In this document: in pieces, positions 26,534-34,653 of the stretch
How the letters are laid out: each line of letters starts with the position of its first letter
How positions within the stretch are numbered: the stretch's first letter is position 1
From: Peptococcaceae bacterium
GTDB lineage: Bacteria; Bacillota; Desulfitobacteriia; Desulfitobacteriales; Syntrophobotulaceae
Length of the DNA stretch: 64,000 nt
Assembly: GCA_009778595.1 (NCBI GenBank)
Contig: WRJI01000003.1
Coordinates: 6,308-70,307, forward strand
Direction of reading: 5' to 3'
Position numbers and translations under genes: made by a program
Notes under the pieces: model-generated
What the model saw: the letters and a program-made list of their open reading frames with translations, nothing else
Databases searched by the model: none
What the model was told of the DNA's origin: nothing

Positions 26534-27637
26534 ATGGCAACATTCGTTAAGATATTAAATAAAAACGGAAGGGTAAAAGCTTGGCAGGCACAGATATATC
26601 TTGGTTACGATGAGCGTGGGAAGCAAGTCAAAAAATACGTCAATCGCCCAACTCAAAAAGAGGCGAGGGAAGCGGCAAAGGCGTTGGAAAAGAAATACGG
26701 GTCAAATAAAAACTATGGAACGTTGAAAATGAAGTTTGGGGATTACGCGGATGAGTGGATTGCGCTTAATAGGAGTAGGCTCGCACCGTCAACGGTTGTC
26801 CTTTATGTTGGATACGTTAAAAACCATTTCAAGCCTGCGTTCGGATCAATGAGATTGGATCAGATAACAGAATTGCATATCCGGCGCTGGATGGCTCGGA
26901 AGCTAGAGACCCACGTACAAAACACGGCCAGGAAGCTCTTTTTTATCTTGCGTGAAATGCTGCATGATGTATTAAAGGACGGGACCCCCTGCAAAGATAT
27001 TCAGCCGCCGCCGAAGGGAAAGCATAAGCCATATATTCCAACGGAAGAGGAATTCGAGAAAATGCGCAAAGACGTTAAAGGAACTAAATACGAAATCATA
27101 ATACTATTAGCGGCCTGGTGCGGGCTTCGGCGTGGAGAAATTTTTGCGCTGGAGTGGAATGATATCAACTGGGCAAACGGCACGATAAAAATAGACGAGG
27201 CGCTATCGATCTCCGAAGGCGAAGGATACGTCGCAAAAGACCCAAAATCAGATAACGGGTTCAGGGGCATAGCCGTTCCGGATGAATTGATGGCACTTTT
27301 GCAGGAATGGCGATCAAAGCAAAAGGTGATCAAGAAAAGGATTTTCAGCGGCCGGCCGGACAATTTTTCATCTACATTTATTGAATTGAGAGAACAATAC
27401 AGGTGGCCGCCGTCGCGATTCCACGATCTCCGCCACTACCATGCATCTTGGATGTATAATAAAGGTATTCCTGATCACTATGCCGCCCAAAGATTAGGCC
27501 ATGATATTCAAACGCTGAAATCAATTTATCAACACATTGGGTTAGAGCAAAAAGCGGATTTGGACAGCCAGATCAAAGGGCTTTTCGCGACAAAAGAACA
27601 GAACAAAAACAGAACAGACACAGAAAATAGTTTTTAA
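26534..27637 (+). CDS. int: Tyrosine integrase
   Basis: LAAWCGLRRGE, RFHDLRHYHASWM and LGHDIQTLKSIYQH match the R..HxxR..Y catalytic set. It starts 1 nt after the cI stop. Confidence 0.9.
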   Translation: MATFVKILNKNGRVKAWQAQIYLGYDERGKQVKKYVNRPTQKEAREAAKALEKKYGSNKNYGTLKMKFGDYADEWIALNRSRLAPSTVVLYVGYVKNHFKPAFGSMRLDQITELHIRRWMARKLETHVQNTARKLFFILREMLHDVLKDGTPCKDIQPPPKGKHKPYIPTEEEFEKMRKDVKGTKYEIIILLAAWCGLRRGEIFALEWNDINWANGTIKIDEALSISEGEGYVAKDPKSDNGFRGIAVPDELMALLQEWRSKQKVIKKRIFSGRPDNFSSTFIELREQYRWPPSRFHDLRHYHASWMYNKGIPDHYAAQRLGHDIQTLKSIYQHIGLEQKADLDSQIKGLFATKEQNKNRTDTENSF

Positions 27638-27752
27638 TAGCATGAAAACCTATTTTCATAATTGCATGATGCGCAATAAATTGACGACGTAATAGGGACG
27701 TTAGACCGTTGAAAATCAACGAAAGAAGAAAAATTGCATGGAACGCAAAACA

Positions 27753-27812
27753 TTGGATTCAGGTTCTAGTGCCCGCAAGGGTGTGGAGGTTCAAGTCCTC
27801 TCGACCGCACCA
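27753..27812 (+). pseudogene. 3-prime fragment of tRNA-Leu(CAG): anticodon arm, long variable arm, T arm, acceptor 3-prime strand, encoded CCA. This is the prophage att core / junction.
   Basis: TTGGA-TTCAGGT-TCTAG (anticodon CAG at 27760-62), variable arm GCCCGCAAGGGT, GGAGG-TTCAAGT-CCTCT, then CGACCGC-A-CCA. No GCGGTCG 5-prime acceptor strand or D arm lies upstream. Confidence 0.7.
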
Positions 27813-27872
27813 CCTAAGTACGTCGAGAATGATACAGTCGCGCTGATATCTTTCAGCAGCTATAACGGATGC

Positions 27873-27895
27873 CCCTTGGTTTAAGGGGTTTTTTG
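27873..27895 (+). terminator. Rho-independent terminator downstream of the tRNA remnant
   Basis: CCCCTT-GGTTT-AAGGGG followed by TTTTTT. Confidence 0.65.
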
Positions 27896-27999
27896 ACTTG
27901 ATTCATTTGGTAGTTGCTTGTCCCAACCATAAGTTATCTTGGTGTATATCAGAGGTAGAGTGGGTAGAGACATATTGAGACGTTAGGGTTGAATTTGGG

Positions 28000-28629
28000 A
28001 TGAACGAAAAGCGCGATAATAAAGGATTTTGGAATCGTTACGCGAAACTTTATGACTTTGAAACCAACAGGTTCAGCGGCAGAGCCTATGCAGAGATGTA
28101 TCGGATGATGGCAAACGCCCTTTCGCCTGATATGGATGTGCTGGAAATCGCGACAGGAACCGGCTTGATCGCCGTAAACACGGGGGCATTTGTCCGCCAT
28201 ATTGAAGCGACGGACTTCTCGCCTAAAATGATTGAAAAAGCGAAAAGGAAAAAAGCTCCCGCCAATGTACGTTTTTCTGTCGAGGATGCAACATCGCTTT
28301 CTTTTGAAAACAATTCTTTCGACGCTGTTATCATATCGAACGCGCTTCACATCATGCCGGAACCTGACACAGTGCTTTCCAACATTTCAAATGTACTTAA
28401 ACCAAATGGGCTGCTCATCGCCCCTACTTATTCCCATGGCCATATTCGGGAAACGACATGGAACCTGAACGCTAAATTTTTGAGACTTATCGGCTTTGAG
28501 ACTTATTCTAAATGGACACCGGATGGGTATGTTGAGTTCATACGGCGAAACGGTTTCCGAGTGGAAAGATGGCAAGTCTTAAAGGCTGCCTTTCCCCTTG
28601 TGTACCTTGAAGCACGCAAAATCGATTAA
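28000..28629 (+). CDS. Class I SAM-dependent methyltransferase
   Basis: VLEIATGTGLIAV motif I and FDAVIISNALHIMPEP (Methyltransf_11-like). Confidence 0.8.
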   Translation: MNEKRDNKGFWNRYAKLYDFETNRFSGRAYAEMYRMMANALSPDMDVLEIATGTGLIAVNTGAFVRHIEATDFSPKMIEKAKRKKAPANVRFSVEDATSLSFENNSFDAVIISNALHIMPEPDTVLSNISNVLKPNGLLIAPTYSHGHIRETTWNLNAKFLRLIGFETYSKWTPDGYVEFIRRNGFRVERWQVLKAAFPLVYLEARKID

Positions 28630-28783
28630 ACTGATGATTTTTAACATTAACCAGTGTGGCGTGTCGAATGAGGATGCGCTTTTACCTATATATTACCGAA
28701 AAATTACCACAAACAGGTGGTTCGTCATAAACTCGCCTGATATGATGTTGCCAGAAGCTTAAGCTTGGTTTTTCACAAGGTAG

Positions 28784-28801
28784 CTTGTGTGCGCACACAA
28801 G
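28784..28801. promoter_or_regulatory. 18-bp perfect palindrome CTTGTGTGCGCACACAAG, a candidate operator 50 bp upstream of the metallophosphoesterase gene
   Basis: Read directly from the sequence. It is flanked by the direct repeat CACAAGGTA at 28774 and 28794. Confidence 0.4.
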
Positions 28802-28850
28802 GTACAGCACAATCTCAATTACTTTTGTCGAATAAGGAGATGTTTAAGGA

Positions 28851-30500
28851 ATGAACGGAAAAAAAGCTCTGGTATGCCTTCTCTCAGTTATTCTGTGTCT
28901 CAACTTACTCGGAGTAGCCGCATTTGCCCAAGAAGAGCCCGTTGCTAAAGGTAGCATCGGTTTCTCTTTCGGTGATGTCAGCTCGATTCTCTGCGGCAAA
29001 GACCTGACAGGTAACGTTTACTCTTATGATATCGGTGGTACGGATGCTTTCAATCTAACCTTCCAGTATGATACGGCCGCGTTTACGGCTTTAGAAGTGA
29101 CGCCGGGCAGCGGTGTAACCATTCTGGCCACCAGCAGCAACGACAATCTGGTGAGCGTTGTCTTCATGGCCGATCCTGCCACAGCCGATTATGCCAACCT
29201 TCTCAATGTCACTGTTACCGCCGGTGCTGACGAAGTTGACGGCACAGTTTCCATTGTTGCAGCGGAAGCAGCCAAACTCGGCGGCCTTGTACAGTTGACC
29301 ATTGTAGGGAAAGGTACGTTGTCCATTATTGACGACAGCCCCATTAATGAGTTCACCATCCAGACTCTTTCCAAAGCCATGACCTACTACTTGTACGACA
29401 CAAACTCGCCCAACTGGGCCGCCGCTTCCAGATACGATATGAATAACGACGGCGTCATTGACCTGCAGGATTTCATTAAGATCGCAAACGCCATCCTGGA
29501 TTCTCAGAAGAATATCAGCTTGCGCTTTCATCAAGATGGAACTTTCAAAATCATGATGATGTCTGATTTCCAAGACTATGTCAACTCCACAACCAAAACC
29601 ACGGTTAACGCAAAATCCATTGCTCTGATGAACGCAGCACTGGAAGCTGAGAAACCGGATCTTGTGGTCATGACAGGTGATATGCTCGGCGGCAATATGA
29701 ACGCCGATCAGCTCCAGGAGTATATTCGGCAGATGGTCGCCCCTATGGAAGACCATCAAACCCCTTGGATGATCACCTATGGCAACCATGATGAAGATGC
29801 CACAACCGCCCTTAGTGCCGGGTGGAATAAGATTCAACAGCTTGCCTATTACCGCAGTTTCAAGTACAACGTCAACCGTGCCAGTATGAGCGGTGCGCAG
29901 GATTTTGAGCCTAACGGCAGAAACACCTATGCTGTTGGTGATATGTACCAGCTTATCTACAACAGCGACGGGACCACACCCCTCTATAATGTCTGGGCTT
30001 TTGATTCCAATCGTTATGACGTCTCCGGCAAAGGCATCGGTGGCTATGACTGGATCCGTCCGGATCAGATTTCGTGGTATACCAAGACATCCAAGATGTT
30101 GGAAGCCAAGTACGGTAAACTGAATTCCCTGATGTTCTACCATATTCCCACACCTGAATGGGGCACCATGTGGGCCGGCAAAGATAAATACGGTGTTATT
30201 GGCGAGAGAAACGAAGCCGAATGCCCTGCCAATGTTAACAGTGGTCTGTTCACAGCGGTCCTGGCTCGTGGCGATGTTCGCGGAATGTTTGTTGGGCACG
30301 ATCATGTCAACGACTATGTAGGCAACTACTTCGGCGTTTATCTCGGCTATGATGCCAATGTGGGTTACCAGACCTACGGTCTTGGCGGAAGCCAGAACGA
30401 TCGCATGAGAGGTGTCCGCGTGTTTGAGCTCAATCAGAGTGACTTGAGCAAATTCGACACCAGAATGGTATATGCCGGTGCTCTCGGCGTCAACCAATAA
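28851..30500 (+). CDS. Secreted metallophosphoesterase with N-terminal cohesin-like module and a single dockerin-like Ca-binding repeat
   Basis: Signal peptide MNGKKALVCLLSVILCLNLLGVAAFA. FNLTFQYDTAAFTALEV is cohesin-like. YDMNNDGVIDLQDFIKIANAIL is dockerin/EF-hand-like. Calcineurin-type motifs are SDFQD, TGDML, GNHD and GHDHVND. Confidence 0.75.
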   Translation: MNGKKALVCLLSVILCLNLLGVAAFAQEEPVAKGSIGFSFGDVSSILCGKDLTGNVYSYDIGGTDAFNLTFQYDTAAFTALEVTPGSGVTILATSSNDNLVSVVFMADPATADYANLLNVTVTAGADEVDGTVSIVAAEAAKLGGLVQLTIVGKGTLSIIDDSPINEFTIQTLSKAMTYYLYDTNSPNWAAASRYDMNNDGVIDLQDFIKIANAILDSQKNISLRFHQDGTFKIMMMSDFQDYVNSTTKTTVNAKSIALMNAALEAEKPDLVVMTGDMLGGNMNADQLQEYIRQMVAPMEDHQTPWMITYGNHDEDATTALSAGWNKIQQLAYYRSFKYNVNRASMSGAQDFEPNGRNTYAVGDMYQLIYNSDGTTPLYNVWAFDSNRYDVSGKGIGGYDWIRPDQISWYTKTSKMLEAKYGKLNSLMFYHIPTPEWGTMWAGKDKYGVIGERNEAECPANVNSGLFTAVLARGDVRGMFVGHDHVNDYVGNYFGVYLGYDANVGYQTYGLGGSQNDRMRGVRVFELNQSDLSKFDTRMVYAGALGVNQ

Positions 30501-30544
30501 ATAAGGAATTTGACACAGTTGATGGGTTCCCTACTTTGACCCTT

Positions 30545-30585
30545 GTGTCCTATACCCCCAGGTATAGGACACATAACCATTTTTT
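30545..30585 (+). terminator. Stem-loop with a distal T-run between the two cohesin-like genes
   Basis: GTGTCCTATACC-CCCA-GGTATAGGACAC (12-bp stem), then ATAACCATTTTTT. Confidence 0.5.
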
Positions 30586-30605
30586 AGGAAGGATGTTATG
30601 TCATC

Positions 30606-31361
30606 ATGAAAAAATCATTCGTGCTTTTGCTAACACTTTTTCTGACCTTTTCTGCCGGGTTGTCTGCTTTTGCCGCCCTTGATATCCCCCAGGCAGGCGA
30701 AGACGGGTTCGTTGAGGACGAACTCGCTGAGGTTGAAGAGTATTCTTTCCAGAACACTTTGGATTGCTGTCTGTCCGAACCTGTGGTAACACGTCAGAAA
30801 GGAACTGTCACATACACAACAACTCTGCTGATCAAAAATATGTCCGAATTCTACGGATACCAGATCCAAGTGCTGTCACCGGCAGAGAATAGGATAGAAA
30901 TCGATAACAAAACCGGCGGAATCGGCACGCCCAATGTCTATAAAGATGGCAAAACAAGTTTCGCGGCGATCATCGGAGAAGGCGCGAAGGGGGATATCGA
31001 AGTCTGTACCATCACCTCTCAGTACCCTTATAGAGACAAGAACAAAGATCGCATGCTTGTTGTGGATCAATTTGAGGTCGTCTCCAGCATTATGGCGGAA
31101 CGAACCATTGCTCTGGATTCACCGGCACTCACCCTCAGACTACCCTATGCGGGACCTCCGTTCTACGCATCATTGTGGTTTATCATAACAATTGTTGCGG
31201 TCTTGGTTTTAGGTGGGACGGCAGCCCTGTTAATGAGATACAAACAGCTTGGTATTTCTTTCGTTTCCGGTATCCAATCAGATTTCTCCAAAGGGATTGG
31301 ATTCATAAAAAAACCGAACAAGAGAAGCCAGGCATCTGATAGCGAATCAGAGGATATCTGA
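30606..31361 (+). CDS. Cohesin-like exported protein with a C-terminal transmembrane anchor
   Basis: Signal peptide MKKSFVLLLTLFLTFSAGLSAFA. FYGYQIQVLSPAENRIEI is cohesin-like. The TM segment is LWFIITIVAVLVLGGTAALLM, followed by a short acidic tail. Confidence 0.6.
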   Translation: MKKSFVLLLTLFLTFSAGLSAFAALDIPQAGEDGFVEDELAEVEEYSFQNTLDCCLSEPVVTRQKGTVTYTTTLLIKNMSEFYGYQIQVLSPAENRIEIDNKTGGIGTPNVYKDGKTSFAAIIGEGAKGDIEVCTITSQYPYRDKNKDRMLVVDQFEVVSSIMAERTIALDSPALTLRLPYAGPPFYASLWFIITIVAVLVLGGTAALLMRYKQLGISFVSGIQSDFSKGIGFIKKPNKRSQASDSESEDI

Positions 31362-31457
31362 CAAGGAGTCCAAAAAGAGCCGCCATATCTGACGGATACA
31401 CGTCTCCGATGTTTTCAAATCTGAAGATGGGTATGGCGGTCAGCTTTCCGGGCTCGC

Positions 31458-31967
31458 TCATGAATCCTTATTGCACCGTAAGTATTGAACCGTATGTGGG
31501 TGAATTTCCTTGACAAACTTCAGATGATCGCATACGAACCCTTCCCGGGAATAGAACCGATGTGCGGCCTCACGGTGGTTTCCGGAAGCCACTTCAAAAC
31601 ATACACACCCCATTTCGATGGCGATCCGTTCAAAGACGGTCAGTAATTCTTTGCCGATACCGTTGCCACGGACGGATTCATCAACAACAAGGTTAACGAT
31701 TTCCGCCGACTTCCTAGAATAATGCAAATAGTAATTGATGCTATAAACAAGACAGCCACGGAGAGTATGATCTTTTTCATACACGAGGATCTGTCTTTTC
31801 TCAATGTTAAAGAAGTAGCAATTTTTGAATTGTTCCATAGTAAAGTCGCGGGATGAGAGTTGCCGCATCAATCCATAGACAGCATCCAAATCATCTCGAA
31901 TGGCGAAACGTATCATAAATGTTTCCTCATCAACTGTGGGTTCGACACCGAGAATATTGTCTAGCAA
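31458..31967 (-). CDS. GNAT N-acetyltransferase, PhnO-like by context
   Basis: VVDESVRGNGIGKELL acetyl-CoA motif. It is the last gene of the phn operon. The alternative start M18 at 31916 gives MIRFAIRDD. Confidence 0.65.
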   Translation of the reverse strand: MLDNILGVEPTVDEETFMIRFAIRDDLDAVYGLMRQLSSRDFTMEQFKNCYFFNIEKRQILVYEKDHTLRGCLVYSINYYLHYSRKSAEIVNLVVDESVRGNGIGKELLTVFERIAIEMGCVCFEVASGNHREAAHRFYSREGFVCDHLKFVKEIHPHTVQYLRCNKDS

Positions 31968-32758
31968 ATCGCTTGTACCCCGCTTTCGTCGGATATAAAA
32001 TCACCGATATCAAAAGGCTGTGGTTCATATATTCCGTGATAATCGCTGCCGCCGGTCAGAAACAGATCAAACCGTGACGCATAGCGCCTTATGGTATTTC
32101 TGTCTTTTTCACTGTGGGTGTGGTGGTTCAGTTCCAGGCCGTCAAGTCCCATATTCACAAGTGCCGGGATAAGCCAGAAGTTTTGTTGTTGTCCCGGGTG
32201 GGCAAGAACCGCGAGGCCCCCCGCTTCCTTAATAACCCTGACAGCATCAGCAGCATCCAAATATGCAATATCAAAGGCGCAGACACCACCCTGTTTAAAG
32301 GTTTGATAATAGAAATCTCCGAACATGTCCTGAACTTGTCCGGTCGACACAAGCCAGTCCATAATATGCTGCTTGTACAAGTGTTTTCCGTCGGCTTTTG
32401 CCAATTTGTCGCGATCAATTCGCAACCCGTTTTTGATCAGGATCTCCACTTGTTTTTCGGAATTCGTGTTACGGGCTTTCAATATTGGTTCGGTGAAGGC
32501 GGTGATAAGTCCCGGTTTCTGAATGTTGTATCCCAAAATATGCGCACGTGTATTGGATAAACGGTGAACCGCAGATATTTCGATACCACCGATGACCTTG
32601 ATATCAAGATTGTCGGGGATCTGTGCGAGATGAGATAAAGTATCATGATCCGTTATGGCGATTGCATCAAGTCCTTTATTCCTTGCCGCACTGATGATCT
32701 GCTCTATAGTGTCGCTGCCGTCGGAAACCGTGGAATGAATATGCAAGTCGGCTTTCAT
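31961..32758 (-). CDS. PHP-family phosphoesterase (PhnPP-like cyclic phosphate dihydrolase by context)
   Basis: DLHIHSTVSDGS, ITDHD and HPGQ are PHP metal-ligand motifs. It sits in the operon where phnP/phnN would be. Confidence 0.65.
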   Translation of the reverse strand: MKADLHIHSTVSDGSDTIEQIISAARNKGLDAIAITDHDTLSHLAQIPDNLDIKVIGGIEISAVHRLSNTRAHILGYNIQKPGLITAFTEPILKARNTNSEKQVEILIKNGLRIDRDKLAKADGKHLYKQHIMDWLVSTGQVQDMFGDFYYQTFKQGGVCAFDIAYLDAADAVRVIKEAGGLAVLAHPGQQQNFWLIPALVNMGLDGLELNHHTHSEKDRNTIRRYASRFDLFLTGGSDYHGIYEPQPFDIGDFISDESGVQAIC

Positions 32759-33450
32759 GATACAAATACCCCTTCTAAAATATTGAACACTCTATCGCAT
32801 ACGCCTTCCATGAACTCAATGTCATGGAAAATGCCAATCATGCTTGTATGTCTGTCTTTGAGGTTCTTGAGCATATCTCGGACAAGGATCTTCGTATTAT
32901 TATCAAGGGAAGCTGTGGGTTCGTCCAACATCAGCAGACGCGGCTTCTTCACCAGAGCGTGGGCCAGGTTGAGCCGGAGCCGTTCGCCGCCTGAAAAAGT
33001 AGCCGGATAGATATCCCACAGATCTTCCGGTAACCGGAAATAGGCCAACATTTCTTTAGCTTCTGTCTCAGCGTTTTCCATAACAACACCCATATCCATC
33101 AAAGCGTTCATCACATGTTCTTTTGCTGTTGTTCTTGGCATGATATTCAGAAACTGCGAGACATACCCGATTTCGTAACGGCGTAAATAGAGAATTTCCC
33201 GTTCAGAAGCTGTTGCCAGGTTGATGAGCCCCAGTCTCTCACTGTCGTATATAATGTCACCTTGTTTTGGCAAATAACTGCGGTTGATACATTTGAGAAT
33301 GGTCGATTTCCCGGCGCCTGATAACCCGACAATGCCAATGAATTCACCTTTTTTCAGAGTCAGATTAATGTTTTGACATGACTTGATCTCCAACCCCGCC
33401 TGATGAAGATAGAAGCTTTTCCCGAGATGGTTAATGGTTAATATATCCAT
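32755..33450 (-). CDS. phnL: C-P lyase ATP-binding component PhnL
   Basis: Aligns by eye to E. coli PhnL: GLSGAGKST, YVSQFL...PR, FSGGE, LDEPTASLD, IGIFHD. Confidence 0.85.
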   Translation of the reverse strand: MDILTINHLGKSFYLHQAGLEIKSCQNINLTLKKGEFIGIVGLSGAGKSTILKCINRSYLPKQGDIIYDSERLGLINLATASEREILYLRRYEIGYVSQFLNIMPRTTAKEHVMNALMDMGVVMENAETEAKEMLAYFRLPEDLWDIYPATFSGGERLRLNLAHALVKKPRLLMLDEPTASLDNNTKILVRDMLKNLKDRHTSMIGIFHDIEFMEGVCDRVFNILEGVFVS

Positions 33451-33452
33451 AA

Positions 33453-34640
33453 TTACCTCCGGTACTCAAAACGGGATGTGGGATTACCGTCAACGAACCC
33501 ATGGGTAATCACCGGATAACCGTCCAACATCTCCACAATAAGAATATCTGCTTTTTTCCCAATTTCCAAGGACCCGTAATCGTCATCGATCCTCATGGCC
33601 TTGGCCGGATTCACTGTCGCCATATTCACCATTTGGTGCAGGGGGATCCCGTGCTTCATGTGCATAGTGAACACGCTGTGCATAATTGCGGCCGGATAAT
33701 AATCCGAACACAGGATATCGGCATAATCCTCAAGGATGGCTTCTGTTGCCGACATGTTTCCGGAATGAGAACAGCCTCTCAAAATATTCGGTGCCCCGAC
33801 GACTGTATAGAAACCCATAGATTTGGCGGCTTTAGCTGCTTCCATTGTAATCGGGAATTCGCTGATATCCACACCAATTTTCAGGTTCTCCTCAAGTTTT
33901 TCAGGTGTGTCATCGTCATGAGAAGCTACCGGAAGCCCATGATCGTGAGCCATCTTCGTCAGGGTTTCCATCTGATGAAATGTGAGTTTGGGCTTATTGA
34001 GATGATATGTCATCAAATCGTCGGCACTCATCGCTTTGACTTCTTTGCCGCCCAGATTGCCATTGTATTTGACAATCGTGTCCTGATAAGCCGCAAGACT
34101 GCGGTATTGACCCTGACCGGGAGCGTGGTTCATAAAAGATATCTGATGGGCTTTGTTCTGGTGGATCATGTCACGAACGATATCATAAGCTTCCAGGTTG
34201 TCGATTTCAATACGAATATGGAAACGGTGATGGATCAAATGATTGCGCAGATGAATGCCGGTTATCAAGTCGGCAAGTCTCTGTACGTTTTCCTTTGTCC
34301 GCAGGGGGGAGCTTCCGAAGTATTCATCTCCAAACAAAGAGATGGAGTGATACATTGTCGTTATTCCTGAACCAAGCAAATCCCGCTCGCATATTTTGAG
34401 CGCGAATTCAAAATCCACTTGCGAATTTGGGCGGGGCTGAATATATTGCTCGAGTTTATCAGAATGGACATCGATCAGTCCAGGCATAACATAACGTCCG
34501 TGAGCGTTGACGACTCTGTCAACAGCCACGTTTTCCAAGCTCTCAACGAACCCGTATATCCTGTCATGGTTTATAAGCAGTGTTTTTCCTGCGACGACGC
34601 TATCAGGTGTTACAATTTTCCCGTTGATAATAGCTATCAA
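33453..34640 (-). CDS. phnM: Ribose 1-methylphosphonate 5-triphosphate diphosphatase PhnM (amidohydrolase fold)
   Basis: 395 aa, with GLIDVHSD metal motif and VASHDDD. Confidence 0.85.
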   Translation of the reverse strand: MIAIINGKIVTPDSVVAGKTLLINHDRIYGFVESLENVAVDRVVNAHGRYVMPGLIDVHSDKLEQYIQPRPNSQVDFEFALKICERDLLGSGITTMYHSISLFGDEYFGSSPLRTKENVQRLADLITGIHLRNHLIHHRFHIRIEIDNLEAYDIVRDMIHQNKAHQISFMNHAPGQGQYRSLAAYQDTIVKYNGNLGGKEVKAMSADDLMTYHLNKPKLTFHQMETLTKMAHDHGLPVASHDDDTPEKLEENLKIGVDISEFPITMEAAKAAKSMGFYTVVGAPNILRGCSHSGNMSATEAILEDYADILCSDYYPAAIMHSVFTMHMKHGIPLHQMVNMATVNPAKAMRIDDDYGSLEIGKKADILIVEMLDGYPVITHGFVDGNPTSRFEYRR

Positions 34641-34653
34641 ATTCGTGTTCCCC

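Larger units (their letters stand above)
1..27812. mobile_element. Integrated temperate siphovirus prophage (HK97-like head, long non-contractile tail), right-hand ~27.8 kb; the left end lies outside the window
   Basis: Uninterrupted phage gene order on the minus strand: fibres, baseplate, TMP, chaperones, tail, connectors, capsid, protease, portal, terminase, HNH, replication/recombination, cro. This is followed by cI-like and int on the plus strand, then a tRNA-Leu 3-prime fragment at 27753-27812. Confidence 0.85.

Noticed and set aside
27726-27812. A complete tRNA-Leu gene at the prophage end.
   Set aside because: The 5-prime acceptor strand (GCGGTCG, needed to pair with CGACCGC) and a D arm are absent upstream. 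Only the 3-prime ~60 nt are tRNA-like, so I call it a fragment or att core.
29091-30497. 468-aa ORF antisense to the metallophosphoesterase gene.
   Set aside because: It is codon-aligned with the sense gene, so it stays open only because the sense strand avoids TTA, CTA and TCA codons. The translation is low-complexity (V/I/G/H-rich). It has no RBS or recognisable motif, whereas the sense frame carries clear calcineurin-type motifs.
31860-32041. Apparent +1 and -1 frame breaks at about 31860/31861 and 32040/32041 when I hand-translated the GNAT and PHP genes.
   Set aside because: The two shifts compensate exactly. Both fall at printed line junctions, and the supplied ORF track reads straight through both genes. 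I treat this as my transcription error, not as pseudogenisation. Motif coordinates inside this interval may be off by 1 nt.
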